From Mobula hypostoma (taxonomy: Eukaryota): 64,000 bases of DNA. Of this stretch, positions 13,050-25,250 are shown one piece after another (positions within the stretch are counted from its first letter, which is position 1; the number at the start of each line of letters is the position of its first letter). A program made the position numbers and the translations under genes. Location of the stretch: NCBI RefSeq assembly GCF_963921235.1, contig NC_086101.1, positions 7,690,001 to 7,754,000 of the forward strand, given 5' to 3'. Under the pieces are notes generated by a model. That model had not been told where the DNA came from, made no database searches, and saw only the letters and a list, made by a program, of their open reading frames with translations.

Positions 13050-14141
13050 TGTTGTGTACTTAATATTTCAGTAATATTTGATTAATACTGTTCTTTGTTT
13101 GCATAATCCTTTACTGGTTATATGTAAAAGTACTTGTGTCTGTATGCCACTATGTTATAAGTGCGTAACTCACTGCGCATCTCTCGGGCGCTAGTATTTT
13201 TCTTTCAATTAGTTTTATGTTTTGAAGTTATGAAACATAAGAGCGATGACAAGGAAGTTTTAAAACAAACCTGACAAAACTACCTACCTGTTGAAGTGCA
13301 GCTAGACTTTTGAGTTTAAAAAAAGCACAGCATGTTTTTTTTCTTCAGAAAGGGGAGAGAATGTCGTTTGAGTTTTTAAAAAAGGCAGAAAACAGATGAA
13401 ATTCATGGGTTCATAAACAGTGAGCAGCAGGTAATACAAATAATAAATAAATAAAAAGCAGAAATAGCTGGCTACATCTGAAAAATAGATGTGTTCAATT
13501 GCCTGGGTCATGTAAACTGAGCAAATAGAGCAGTACGTTAAAGCAAGTGGTATAGCCAATGAGAAATGAATGCCAGTTTTACTATTGCAATAGGTGGAAA
13601 AGCATACAGTTACGACACAGCTTCGCTGGAGATCCATTACATATTTGCATGCAACAGAATGTGCATTTCCTCCCCCCTTTTTTTTAAACCAGCGCTGGGA
13701 TGAACTTGCCCTTGACGGGAATTGTCTTAAGTGGGGATTGAGAGTTTTTTGTATCATCCAAGCTGAGAGCTAGTTGCGGTCAAAATGAAAGCACTGTCTT
13801 GCAGTTTGTCTGGCGGCCTGGGATTGATCAGCAGATCAAGCAGCTTGCCATGCACTGTTTGGGATGCCAACACATCCGGAAGGAAGGTGTCCGGAGCTGT
13901 TGGTACCACTTCCTGGAATCCCCGAGTGGACACCAGCAGCCACCGCAGAGGAGGCTCCTGAATCTGTGGTTGTTCCACAGCCACAAGTCTCACCTCCCAA
14001 GCGGATTGACCCCCGCTTGCCAGGAAAGATGTTACCCCACAAGAGTGAGAAATTAAATCTTTAGGCCTGAATGGGACTATTTAAAATTTACAATGCTGTA
14101 GTTGTATTATATGCAGCACTCTGTATCTCTATGAATGAATA
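13050..14141 (+). mobile_element. Internally deleted Ty3/Gypsy LTR retrotransposon remnant
   Basis: Decayed gag start at about 13465-13610 (AGYI.KID.F...IEQY.KA.GIANEK..PVLL..IGGKAYS), joined to an integrase Zn-finger fragment (VKMKAL..FVW.PGIDQQI.QL..HC.GCQ) and the pol terminus ER.YPTRVRN. Confidence 0.65.
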
Positions 14142-15952
14142 TAGAAACATAGAAAATAGGTGCAGGAGTACGCCATTCGGCCCTTCGAGCCTGCGCCGCC
14201 ATTCAGTATGATCATGGCTGATCATCCAACTCAGAACCCTGTACCAGCCTTCCCTCCATACCCCCGATCCCTTTAGCCACAAGGGCCATATCTAACTCCC
14301 TCTTAAATATAGCCAATGAACTGGCCTCAACTGTTTCCTGTGGCAGAGAATTCCACAGATTCACCACTCTCTGTGTGACGAAGTTTTTCCTCATCTCGGT
14401 CCTAAAAGGCTTCCCCTTTATCCTCAAACTGTGACCCCTCGTTCTGGAATTCCCCAACATCGGGAACAATCTTCCTGCATATAGCCTGTCCAATCCCTTT
14501 AGGATTTTATACGATTCAATCAGATCCCCCCTCAATCTTCTAAATTCCAGCAAGTGTAAGCCTAGTCGATCCAATCTTTCATCATATGAAAGTCCTGCCA
14601 TTGCAGGAATCAATCTGGTGAACCTTCTTTGTACTCCCTCTATGGCAGGGATGTCTTTCCTCAGATTAGGGGACCAAAACTGCAAACAATACTCCAGGTG
14701 TGGTCTCACCAAGCCCTTATACAACTGCAGTAGTACCTCCCTGCTCCTGTACTTGAATCCTCTTGCTGTGAATGCCAGCATACCATTCGCCTTTTTCACC
14801 GCTTGCTGTACCTGCATGCCCACTTTCAATAACTGGTATATAATGACACCCAGGTCTCATTGCACCTCTCCTTTTCCTAATCAGCCACCATTCAGATAAT
14901 AATCTGTTTTCCTGTTTTTGCCACCAAAGTGGATAACCTCACATTTGACCACATTAAATTGCATCTGCCATGAATTTGCTCACTCACCTAACCTATCCAA
15001 GTCACCCTGCATCCTCTTAGCATGCTCCTCACAGCTAACACTGCCACCCAGCTTCGTGTCATCCGCAAACTTGGAGATGCTGCATTTAATTCCCTCATCT
15101 AAGTCATTAATATATATTGTAAACAACTGGGGTCCCAGCACTGGGCCTTGCAGTACCCCACTAGTAACTGCCTGCCATTCTGAAAAGGTCCCGTTTATTC
15201 CCACTCTTTGCTTCCTGTCTGCCAACCAATTCTCTATCCACATCAATACCTTACCCCCAATACCGTGTGCTTTAAGTTTGCATACTAATCTCCTGTGTGG
15301 GACCTTGTCAAAAGCCTTTTGAAAATCCAAATATACCACATCCACTGGTTCTCCCCTGTCCACTCTACTAGTTACATCCTCAAAAAATTATATGAGATTC
15401 GTCAGACATGATTTTCCTTTCACTAATCCATCCTGACTTTGTCTGATGATTTCACCACTTTCTAAATGTGCTGTTATCACATCTTTGATAACTGACTCTA
15501 GCAATATCCCCACCACCGATGTTAGGCTAACCGGTCTATAATTCCCCGGTTTGTCTCTCCCTCCTTTTTTAAAAAGTGGGGTTACATTAGCCACCCTCCA
15601 ATCCTCAGGAACTAATCCAGAATCTAAAGAGTTTTGAAAAATTATCACTAATGCATCCACTATTTCTTGGGCTACTTCCTTAAGCACTCTGGGATGCAGA
15701 CCATCTGGCCCAGGGGATTTATCTGCCTTTAATCTCTTCAATTTACCTAACACCACTTCCCTACTAACATGCATTTCCCTCAGTTCCTCCATCTCACTGG
15801 ACCCTCTGTCCCCTACTATTTCCGGAAGATTATTTATGTCCTCCTTAGTGAAGACAGAACCAAAGTAGTTATTCAGTTGATCTGCCATGTCCTTGCTCCC
15901 CATAATCAATTCACCTGTTTCTGTCTGTAGGGGACCTACATTTGTCTTAACC
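14142..15952 (-). mobile_element. CR1 LINE (family B), 5'-truncated, young
   Basis: RT motifs [13 protein letters not shown] and FADD; RPHLEYC.QFWSP; tttctatgtttcta tail. Highly similar to 36486-38290. Confidence 0.95.
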
Positions 15953-16789
15953 ATATATGACTAGAGAGCAATACATACCGACCAACAACCAATGTGCAAA
16001 AGACGACAAATTGTGCAAATAAAATAATACTAAAGAGTGTGAAAAATAGAGTCCTCGAAACTGAGACCGAGTTAGCCGTAGGGAAATCCCTGTTCCTGTT
16101 TTCATCTCAGGTTTCTAGCATCTGCAGCTGTTGACTTTCGTAAACATTGACAAAGGGCATCAACGATGAGAGGCCGTCAGAATGGAGATGAAGGAGCTCG
16201 AGGCCTGGTGCCAGGAAAATAACCTCTTTCTGAATGTTGTCAACAAGATTGTTATCAACTTCAGGATGACTCACAACACTCCTCCTTTATTACCAGTGGC
16301 ACAGCAGTGGAAGGAGCGAGGGGTTTCAATCCCCCGGGAGTGCACATCACAGAACCCTCGTGGTCCCAGATCTCATCCTCCACAGTCAAGAAAGTTCACC
16401 AACACCTCTGCTTTCTGGACGTTGAAGGGAGCTGAACTTTGCACAACCATACTCAGGTCATTCTACAGATGCACAGTGGAGAGCATCCTGACGAGCTCCA
16501 TCTCTGCTTGGTACAGAACCTGCATGGCGGCAGACAGGAAGGCCCTAAAACAGATAGTCAAAGCTGCTCAACTCTTCAGATGAAGAAACTGGAGAGCCCT
16601 GGGCACAACTCAGCGCATCACAGGAACCAGTCTCCCCTTGTGGACTTGGTTTACATTTCCGACTTCCTCAGTAAAGCAGATAAGACCCTGCTACCAAACA
16701 CAAAATAATCTGCAGATGCTGGGATCAAAGCAACACTCACAACACACTGGAGGAACTCGGCAGGTCAGGCAGCATCCGTGGAAATGATG

Positions 16790-16825
16790 AGTCGACGTTT
16801 CGGGCCAGAACCCTTCGTCAGGACT
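16790..16825 (-). ncRNA. Minimal type I hammerhead ribozyme motif
   Basis: AGTC-CTGACGA-A-GGG-TTCTGG-CCC-GAAA-CG-TC-GACT. Confidence 0.75.
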
Positions 16826-16894
16826 GAAGAGGGAAGGGGCAAAGGCCCTATAAAGAAGGTGGGGGGAGGGTGAGAAGGAGAACCTTCCCCCTTC

Positions 16895-16930
16895 AGTCCT
16901 GACGAAAGGTTCCGGCCCGAAACGTTGACT
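16895..16930 (+). ncRNA. Minimal type I hammerhead ribozyme motif (slightly decayed)
   Basis: AGTC-CTGACGA-A-AGG-TTCCGG-CCC-GAAA-CG-TT-GACT. Confidence 0.65.
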
Positions 16931-18583
16931 GATCGTTTCCACGGATGCTGCCCGACCTGCTGAGTTCCTCCAGCGTGTTGTGAGTGTTGACATCTCTCCC
17001 ATCAGATAGAAGATACCTGAAAGGATGCACCACCAGGTTCAAGGACAGATTCCACGCTGCTGTTATCAGAATATTAAATGGTCCCCTAAATGGACCCTTG
17101 GCCTCACGATATACCTCATTATGGCCCTGCACCTTATTGCCTGCAGTTTCTCTGTCACTTTGTTCTGCATTCTGTTGTTGTTTTCCCCTGTACTACCTCA
17201 ATGCACTGTCATAATAAAATGATCTGTATGGACGGGATGCAAGAATAAGTTTTAATTTTTCTCAGTAAATGTCATAATAATATTAATAATGATAAAATCG
17301 GGCATGTTGAACATGCCAGGGATGGCAGGGAAAACATACAATAATTGTGTTTAAGAGGCTTTTAGAAAGGCATGAATGTGCAAAGTTCAAAGTACATTTA
17401 TTATCAAAGTATGTATACTTTATACAACCTTTAGGTTCGTCTCCTTACAGGCAGCTACAGAACAAAGAAACCCAATAGAACCCATTAAAAAAAAGATGAC
17501 AAACGCCCAATGTGCATTAAAAAAAACAACAAATTGTGTAATCACTGTGTAAGCAGAGCTGAAGTTCATGAAAGCCAGTCCACAGCCACGAAGCCGGTCG
17601 TCACTGCACCCGATCCAGGAGCCCGTTAGTTGTAGGCCGCAGCCTCAGTTGAGCACAGAGACAAGTAAACAACATGGAGCAGTGAGCTGAACCCGCCCAT
17701 CCTTGCCTCATACCGTGCCTTCTCGCTGGTGTCACACGGAAACTGAACACCTTTCGGACTCGGGCTGAACTACAGAGGACGGGGAGGAGGTCTGGCCCCT
17801 GCACATGTAGCACGCAGGCCCAGCGGTGTGTGGACACGCCCTGGAGCTCGTGAACTGGGTCCCCAGCTATGGGTAAATAGCCCCACTGCCTCGGGGGAGG
17901 GACGAAGGCTAGGGGAGTAAACCCGGATGGAGTGGAGCTGCTAAGGTGGCCGGACATCACTGAAGATCCAGCAGGCCAGCTGGTGCCAGACGTATTGCTT
18001 CATTTTCCTTTACACTACACCGGTGAGACCGAGAGGGGATCTTGTCGACCGGACATCCGGGATCTCCATACTTCCCACTCCCAGGTCTGTTCCCTGGAGA
18101 GGACACCCCAGTGCTGCTTTTTGAAACAGACGGACGCGGTCATCAATTGCCAATGCCCGTTGCAGTCGGTTTCACTGGGCAGCCAGAGCAAGTTAGCCTG
18201 TAATTGCTCTCAGCAGGGACTGACTCCCAATTTTACATGTGCAAGAAGGTAAAGGTGAAGAAAATCTTCAGTGCTCACATGAACATCGTACAGCAAAATG
18301 GGTCATTTGCATCAACAACCAACACAGCCCGAGGATGTGCCGGGAACAGCCTGCGAGTTCTGCCGTGCTTCTGGCACCAATGTAGAATGTCCATAACTCA
18401 CTAACCCTAACCCATACGTCTTTGGAATGTGAGAGGGAACCACAGCACCTGGAAAAATCCCATGTGGTCACAGGGACCATGTACAAACTCCTTACAGGCA
18501 GCAGTGGGAATCCAACCCCAACCACCATTTTTTTTTAGGAATATATGGGTCGGCCCAACATTGAGGGTCAAAGGGCCTGTACC

Positions 18584-18985
18584 ATCTGATGTTCCGTAAT
18601 AGATGTTTGTATCTTATCGATTGAATCGGCAATTTTCTGGAACTGAATTGAAATTTCCGCACGAATCAGCTCCGTAACAGAGGTTGAAATTTCCCTTTGA
18701 ATTAACTCCGATATAGCTTTCAAAGTCACCGGTGGTTCAGTCGGAGGAAAATCGGTACCTTTCGGTTTATCCGGAGGTTTGCCATCCTTCCCGTTTTTCC
18801 CATTCTTAGACATAGCAGATCTTAAACGCATCCAGTTACCGAAGAGCCCAATTTAATTCAAAGTATTGTAAAAGTTAATGCCTTAATGGTTACTTAAAAT
18901 ATAGCTGATCAGAAGAAAAAAAACTCAGAGGTAATGGAGCGAGTCAAGAACGCGACTTCACTCCATGAGCGCTACCGGAAGTCCC
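18584..18985 (-). mobile_element. L1-like LINE 5' UTR and ORF1 N-terminus only
   Basis: Starts GGGACTTCCGGTAGCGCTCATGG. ORF MRLRSAMSKNGK...AISELIQREIS...IQFQKIADSIDKIQTSITEHQ is coiled-coil-like. 15-bp TSD CAAAGGGCCTGTACC at 18569-18583 and 18986-19000. Confidence 0.7.
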
Positions 18986-20906
18986 CAAAGGGCCTGTACC
19001 GTGCTGTAGTATTCCAGTGTCTAGTGACCATGCCACATAGATTTTTAATATATTATTAAATTACTGTAATTTATAGTAATTTCCTGACATGAAATTGAAA
19101 TAAATTACAGCTTGGGGTGTCAGAGTTTGGAGTTCAATTCCAACATCCTCTGTACAAAGGTTTGTGCAGTCTCACCATGAGCACAGGGATTCGCCCCACA
19201 TTACACAGACAAACTGTTGAGTAGGTTAACTGGTTAGTGAAATTTGTCCCGTGATTAGGCTGGGGTTAAGTAGGTAGGTAAGTGGGCAGTTGGACATCTG
19301 ATTCTGAATTACTTGAGGCTTATTCATGTTGAAAAGAGGATAACCAGCAGGCCTGAGCCAGTAACATTGTGAAGAGGAGACTAAACTGCAAATATTGTGG
19401 TTGTGGCTTGCAAATATCAAACTGTACAAGATGCTATGAACAAGAACACTGAAAAATGACATTGTACAAATTATTTAGCAGAAGTAAAATGCCATGAAGC
19501 CAATAATTATTGTAGTCAGACTCCCATTTTATTCTGAGGTAACTGCGCATAGTTTAAGTCATAATCACAATGAGTGATCCGTAATTATGTTAGCACCACT
19601 GGGTAAAGGAAATCAATGTTTTTTTGTACTGGGAAACGTTCCTTGTCCCAATCTTATTGCTGAGATTCAGATGTTTTCTCTGTGGAGGGAAATTTACCTT
19701 AACCATAAGATATAGGAGAAGAATTAGGCCCAACGAGCATGCTCCACCATTTCATCACGGCTGATCCATTTTCCCTCTCGGCCCCAGTCTCCTGACTTAA
19801 ACCTGTGACCCTTTATGGCCTGACTAATCAAGAATCTATCAACCTCTGCCTAAATGCACCTAATGACTTGCCCTCCACAGCCATTTCTGGCAAAGAATTC
19901 CACAGATTCACCAACCTCTGGCTAAAGAAATTCATCCTCATTTGTTCTAAATCGACATCCCTTTATTTTGAGTCTGTGTCCTTTGGTCATCAAACACCAC
20001 CCCCCCCCCCACCACCCCACTATAGGAAACGTCCTGCCCATATCCACTGTACTGAGGCCTTTTAACCCTGGAACAATAATGCCCATCATCTTTGTAAAAC
20101 TTGTTAAAAATATTGACTCAACAAATGTTATTTGCTTTTCCCTCTAGATGTATTTTTGTCCTGTCTTCTTGTCAACTGCTCAAAAAGAACCTTACTCCAT
20201 TTGAATGTATTGTCATCAAGGCAATGGTTATCAAGTCATAGAATTCTATAGCATATTCGACTCATCTAGTCCATGCCTATTATTCTGCCCAGACCCACCA
20301 GCCTGCACTTGGACCATAAGCCCCCGATCCCCCTCCCATTCCATGAATCTGTCCAACGTTGAAATTGAATGCACGTCCACCATGCATGCTGTGACCACCC
20401 TCTGAGCGAAGAAGTTCCCCCATGTTCCTCTTAAACATTTCACTCATCTCCTCTTAACCCATGACCTCTGGAAAAAGCCAGCTTACGCTTTCCTTCTCTA
20501 TATCACAATGCTAAGATCTTGTTGGAGAAAGTGGGGACCAAACCTTGATGACCACTTTGGCAGTTTTATTCAGGATGTCCGCAGCAGAGGCTTACTGCCA
20601 TGTCACTTGGCCTCCGAATGTGCTCAGCTCTGGATAAGGCAAATCACCAAAGCTTTGAGCAAAATCCACAACTGTTTTTGTGAACACTCAGCTGCCCGAG
20701 AATGCTGTCGCCATTCATTGAGCCTCGATTATTTCTCATTTCCCATGGAGAATGTGCATTTTGTACCAGCACCTGATTCATCAGCCAGAGTCCCTGAGAT
20801 TTCATCGTGTAAAGATTTTATTTTGATGACTCTGTCTGCTCAGCAGACGCCACTTTGAGGAGCACCATCTCAGATCTACAGACTATAGTAAAATAACTAA
20901 GGGCAC

Positions 20907-20912
20907 TTTATT
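20907..20912 (-). terminator. Candidate NEU1 polyadenylation signal AATAAA
   Basis: First minus-strand AATAAA I found downstream of the NEU1 stop, about 700 nt away. Alternatives at 20817-20822 and 20565-20570. Confidence 0.4.
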
Positions 20913-21148
20913 CAACTGTTTTTTTTAAAGTCACATAAAATAGCAGCTCCCAGTGTCTTCATTTTCTGCCAACATCTCTTAAAAGAATCTGTCTTCTTAG
21001 TGGGTTTTCCCGCAGTATTCCCAAAGCTCTTCCCTACTGGAAAATACCGACTCTAGTGTCAATAGCTAGGAATGGGTCCCAGCGGACAAATTTGGTCTTG
21101 CCAAATTTGGGTGGCAGATGGAACTCTCTCTCTATGCACACGTTGACG

Positions 21149-21218
21149 CAGGGGATCCCAACCCTTTGCTTAACGGTATTGGTCCATGGCATTAAAAAAA
21201 AAGGATTAGGAACCACTG
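21149..21218. mobile_element. Tiny hAT-type MITE in the presumptive NEU1 3' UTR
   Basis: Imperfect TIRs CAGGGGATCCCAACC and GGATTAGGAACCACTG, resembling those of the hAT at 52185-53354. Confidence 0.65.
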
Positions 21219-21618
21219 CACTGAAGACATACTGATGGGTATTCACATCAACAGCCTTCCCATCAAGCTGTTGACCCAAGTAAAACATCGAAAGCAACAG
21301 ATTCGTTAACTATCTCCTTGTAGATCCGAAGATGCTGTCAAAAGGACCAAGCTCTCATCAGAGGACAAAATGCAGCACAGCCTTGAGAGGAATGGATCTG
21401 ATTGGTTACAGAGATTAGTAAAAGGAAATTTAAAGTTTTACAACATTGATTTCATCTTCAAAGAGGGAAAACCCATTTTGCTATCAGGCAATGAAAATCA
21501 ATCAACTTGGGCAAAGTTGAAAGAAAATTTCTTTCTGGTAACGAGCATTGATTAAGACTCATTGAGATTGCAAACTCTTTCCCCACAAGGTGACAAGAAG
21601 CGACATGGGGACTCTCTG

Positions 21619-21821
21619 TCAAACGAGTCCAATCTTCATGAATGAAATGGATTCCCTGGTGTCCACCTTCCCCTTCTCGAACACCAGGAAGATGTACTTA
21701 TCATTGCTCGAATTGCTGAAGGTCGTCATGCAGGAATAACCACTGGCACCACTCCAGATCAACATCTTATTTTCCCACGTCTTCCCGTGATCATAACTCC
21801 ATCTGAGGGTCAGATTTACAC
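21619..21821 (-). CDS. NEU1: Sialidase-1, last coding exon (6)
   Basis: (R)VNLTLRWSYDHGKTWENKMLIWSGASGYSCMTTFSNSSNDKYIFLVFEKGKVDTRESISFMKIGLV*. Has the SGYS nucleophile Tyr and the FEKG Glu. Acceptor ttcctctcag, TGA at 21619-21621. Not in the ORF track. Confidence 0.95.
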
Positions 21822-22626
21822 CTGAGAGGAAAAATTAATTAGGGTTAGGTACACAATTAGTACACATTTCGTCATGTGTGGTGGAAAGGAGTGTGAGACA
21901 TCCATTTTTATTTTATAATTTATTTATTTAGACATACAACGCAGAGTTGGCCCTTCCTGCCGAAGGAGCCACACTGCCCAGCAACCTCGATTTAACCCTA
22001 AACTAATCACCGGACAATTTACACTGACAAGTTAGGCTACTCGGTTCATCTTTGGACTGCGGGAAGAAACCAGAGGACCTGGAAAAAAGCCCGCGCATTG
22101 CACAGGGAGAATGTACAAACTCCTTATGGAACTCTGAGCTCTGACACCGCAGACTGTAACAGTGTCATGCTGCCATGCTACTGTGGCACCTCTCAAGCCT
22201 GCAGCACAGCAGAGGAGGGGTTATGATGCGAGTCGAATGGCCTTCACTTTTGGCAATGCCAGCTGGTAATTGGCACCCCACTATTGACCACTGTCGCAGG
22301 CGAGCGGCAACCATCAAGCACCCCACTCTTTGAGCCCTAGTTCACAAAGCCAGTAAAACTTGCAGAGCAGCAAGCTGAACACTGGCCTGTCCCTGACATC
22401 CTGATCTTTTTAATCTGGCCAGGTATTTCAACCGTCCAAATCTTGGGTCATTCCTCGCACTCAGGGCTGGACCCCGCCACTTCAATATACTGCCTTGATT
22501 TGGCCCGTACCAACCTTTCCAATTTGGCCCGGAGCTTAAATTGATCAAACCTCGAGTCTTTCCACTCTCTCAGGCCCCGCCGTCTCGAATTTGATTCAAT
22601 ACATCAGAACCAAGGCGACATATATC

Positions 22627-23039
22627 CATGTCTGCTCCAGCAAGGGCCGTACATTGGTTCAATATCCCGTTCCTAGGCCCAGACCCCACTGCTTCGATTC
22701 GGCCTACTCATGTCTGCTCCAGCAAGTACGAACATTGGTTCAATTCCTGTTCCTAGGCCCCAGGCCCCACTACCTTGATTCAGCCTACTCATGTCCACTC
22801 CAGCAAGGGCCGAACATTGGCTCAATTCCCGTTCCTAGGTCCCGGACCCCACTGCCTCGATTCGGCCTACTCATGTCTGCTCCAGCAAGTACGAACATTG
22901 GTTCAATTCCTGTTCCTAGGCCCCAGGCCCCACTACCTTGATTCGGCCTACTCATGTCCACTCCAGCAAGGGCCGAACATTGGCTCAATTCCCGTTCCTA
23001 GGCCCTGGACCCCACTGCCTCGATTTGGCCTACTCATGC
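22627..23039. repeat. 81/82-bp minisatellite, 5 units in alternating A/B order
   Basis: Unit starts (CATGTC) at 22627, 22709, 22790, 22872 and 22953; partial CATG at 23035. Confidence 0.95.
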
Positions 23040-23504
23040 TACACAGCGACTGTCCTACACTTTCAAGACTGCAGTTCACACCACTAAAATGCCAGGTCAT
23101 TCAACAGCTCAGCTCCAAAAGGGAAGTTACAAGCTATTGATTACAGTGTTCCTATCCAAGAAAAGTGTGATTAATACTGTAATTTTATTTTGTTTTGTTT
23201 GCTGCCAGCAAGTCACCCCTGTGCTTCACCAGCGCCACTTTAAACTGCAATGCCCATAAAAAAATGAATCTTAGGGTGCTATTTGGTGACACATATCTAA
23301 TTTGATAATAAATTTGCTTTGAAACTTATTGACAACCAAACCTACCTTTTCGCTGCATGACATCTCGACAGAGCATTCTATACACAAGTACATCGAGGTA
23401 GTTCAAATGGAGAAAAGAAATCTCGCAGAATATCAAAGTCAAGGTAATGCATTATCAAAGTACATACATACATGTCACCATATACCAACTTGAGATTCAT
23501 TTCC

Positions 23505-24045
23505 AGAAGACCATGAGGCACAGGAGCAGCAGTAAGCCATTCGGCCCATCGAGTCTGCTCTGTCATTTGATCATAGCTGATATATTATTCCGCTCAACCC
23601 CATTCTTCTGCCTTTTCCCCATAATCTCTGACGCCTTCCTAATCAAGAATATATACTCAATAACTTGGCCTGCACAGCCATCTATGGTAATGAATTCCAC
23701 AGGTTCACCACCTCCTGGCTAAAGAAATTCCTCATTTCTGTTCTAAATGGATGCCCCTCAATATATGCCCTCTGGTCCTGGTCTCCCCCGTGATAGGAAA
23801 CATCCTCTGCACATCCACTCTATCAAGGGCTTTTAAGATTCGATAGGTTTCAATGAGATCTTCCCCCCCCCCCCCAATTCTTCTAACCTCTAGCGAATAC
23901 AGCCCTAGCGCCATCAAACACCCCTTATGAGCTCTTTCATTCTTGGGATCAATCTCATGAACCTCCTGTGGACCCTCTCCAAATCCAGCACATCTTTTCT
24001 TTGATAAGGGGCCCAAAACAACTGCAGCCTGACCAATGCCTTTTA
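23505..24045 (-). mobile_element. CR1 LINE 3' fragment
   Basis: LMALGLYSLE.RR...DLIETYRILK.LDRVDVQRMFP (ORF 23732-24061). Confidence 0.8.
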
Positions 24046-24578
24046 AATAGATCCCGTTCAATTAATAAATAAAATCGAAAGTATAATGAAAGACAGAACA
24101 AAGGAAATTGAAGCTGTGTGACAACAAAGGCTATGTGCGTGGGAGCTTTTCATAGGGGTGGAGGGGACAGTGCTTATAGAAGTGGGATAAAAGCGATGCT
24201 TTCCCCGAAGGATTGCGGGACAATGAAAGACTTGAGATCTGTGTGGCACCAAGTTGCACCTCTTTAATAACTTAATGTTGAAATCATGAAAGAGTGACAA
24301 CAAACAGAAAAGGAAATCAGCTCAATGAGAATTCGGGTACGGGGGAAAGAAAAAGAGGAGGAAGAAATAGACGAGGACACGATGAAACAATAAAGTTAAT
24401 CTCACTACTTGCAGGTATAGGCCTCTTTTGTTTAAATTGCCCCCCCCCCCGAACTAAATGCGTATCAACTATTACATCGCAAACATGAGGAAATCTGCAG
24501 GTGCTGGAATTTTATGTGTGTTGCTTGAAAGTTGCTGGTGAACGCAGCAGGCCAGGCAGCATCTCTAGGAAGAGGTAC

Positions 24579-24614
24579 AGTCGACGTTTCGGGCCGAGAC
24601 CCTTCATCAGGACT
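24579..24614 (-). ncRNA. Minimal type I hammerhead ribozyme motif (sense to NEU1, intron 5)
   Basis: AGTC-CTGATGA-A-GGG-TCTCGG-CCC-GAAA-CG-TC-GACT; core and stems I and II intact. Confidence 0.8.
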
Positions 24615-25250
24615 GAGTGAAAGAAGAGCTAGTAAGAAATTTGAAAGTGGGAGGGGGAGGCGGAGATCCAAAATGATAGGAGAAGACAGGAGGGGGAGGG
24701 ATGGAGCCAAGAGCTGGACAGGTGATCGGCAAAGGGGATACGAGGCTGGAGAAGGGAGAGGATCATGGGACGGGAGGCCAATGGAGAAAGATAACGGGGG
24801 GGGGGGACCCAGAGGATGGGCAAGGGATATAGTGAGAGGGACAGAGGGAGAAAAAGGAGAGAGAGAAAAAGAATGTGTGTATATAAATAAATAACAGATG
24901 GGGTACAAGGGGGAGGTGGGGCATTAGCGGAAGTTTGAGAAGACCCTCGCAGCTATCTGGACTATTCCTCTTCTCACCCTGTCTCTTGCAAAAATGCCAT
25001 CCCCTTCTCGCAATTCCTCCGTCTCTGCCGCATCTGTTCTCAGGATGAGGCTTTTCATTCCAGGATGAGGGAGATGTCCTCCTTTTTTAAAGAAAGGGGC
25101 TTCCCTTCCTCCACCATCAACTCTGCTCTGAAACACATCTCCCCCATTTCACGCACATCTGCTCTCACTCCATCCTCCCGTCACCCCACTAGCAATAGGG
25201 TTCCCCTTGTCCTCATCCACCACCCCACCAGCCTCCGGGTCCAACATATA

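Larger units (their letters stand above)
16695..16989. mobile_element. Penelope-derived palindromic mini-element
   Basis: Arms 16731-16837 and 16883-16989 are reverse complements with a ~45-nt spacer. The sequence is related to the termini of the GIY-YIG-bearing element at 24479-27169. Confidence 0.85.
16150..17270 (+). mobile_element. Decayed Rex1/Babar LINE interrupted by a Penelope-derived palindrome
   Basis: WCQENNLFLNV..., FYRCTVESILTSSISAWY, then TTRFKDRFH.AVIRILNG after the insert. Confidence 0.75.

Noticed and set aside
10801..21618. NFKBIL1 or another gene between ATP6V1G and NEU1
   Set aside because: No recognisable exon was found; the region is repeats plus UTR-like unique sequence. 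Small exons could have been missed by eye.
21559..21621. NEU1 stop-codon readthrough (TGA-CAG, giving QRVPMSLLVTLWGKSLQSQ)
   Set aside because: Not the strong TGA-CTAG context, and the extension has no recognisable targeting motif.
22591..23140. Repetitive peptide ORFs
   Set aside because: Translations of the 81/82-bp minisatellite; the frame shifts between units.
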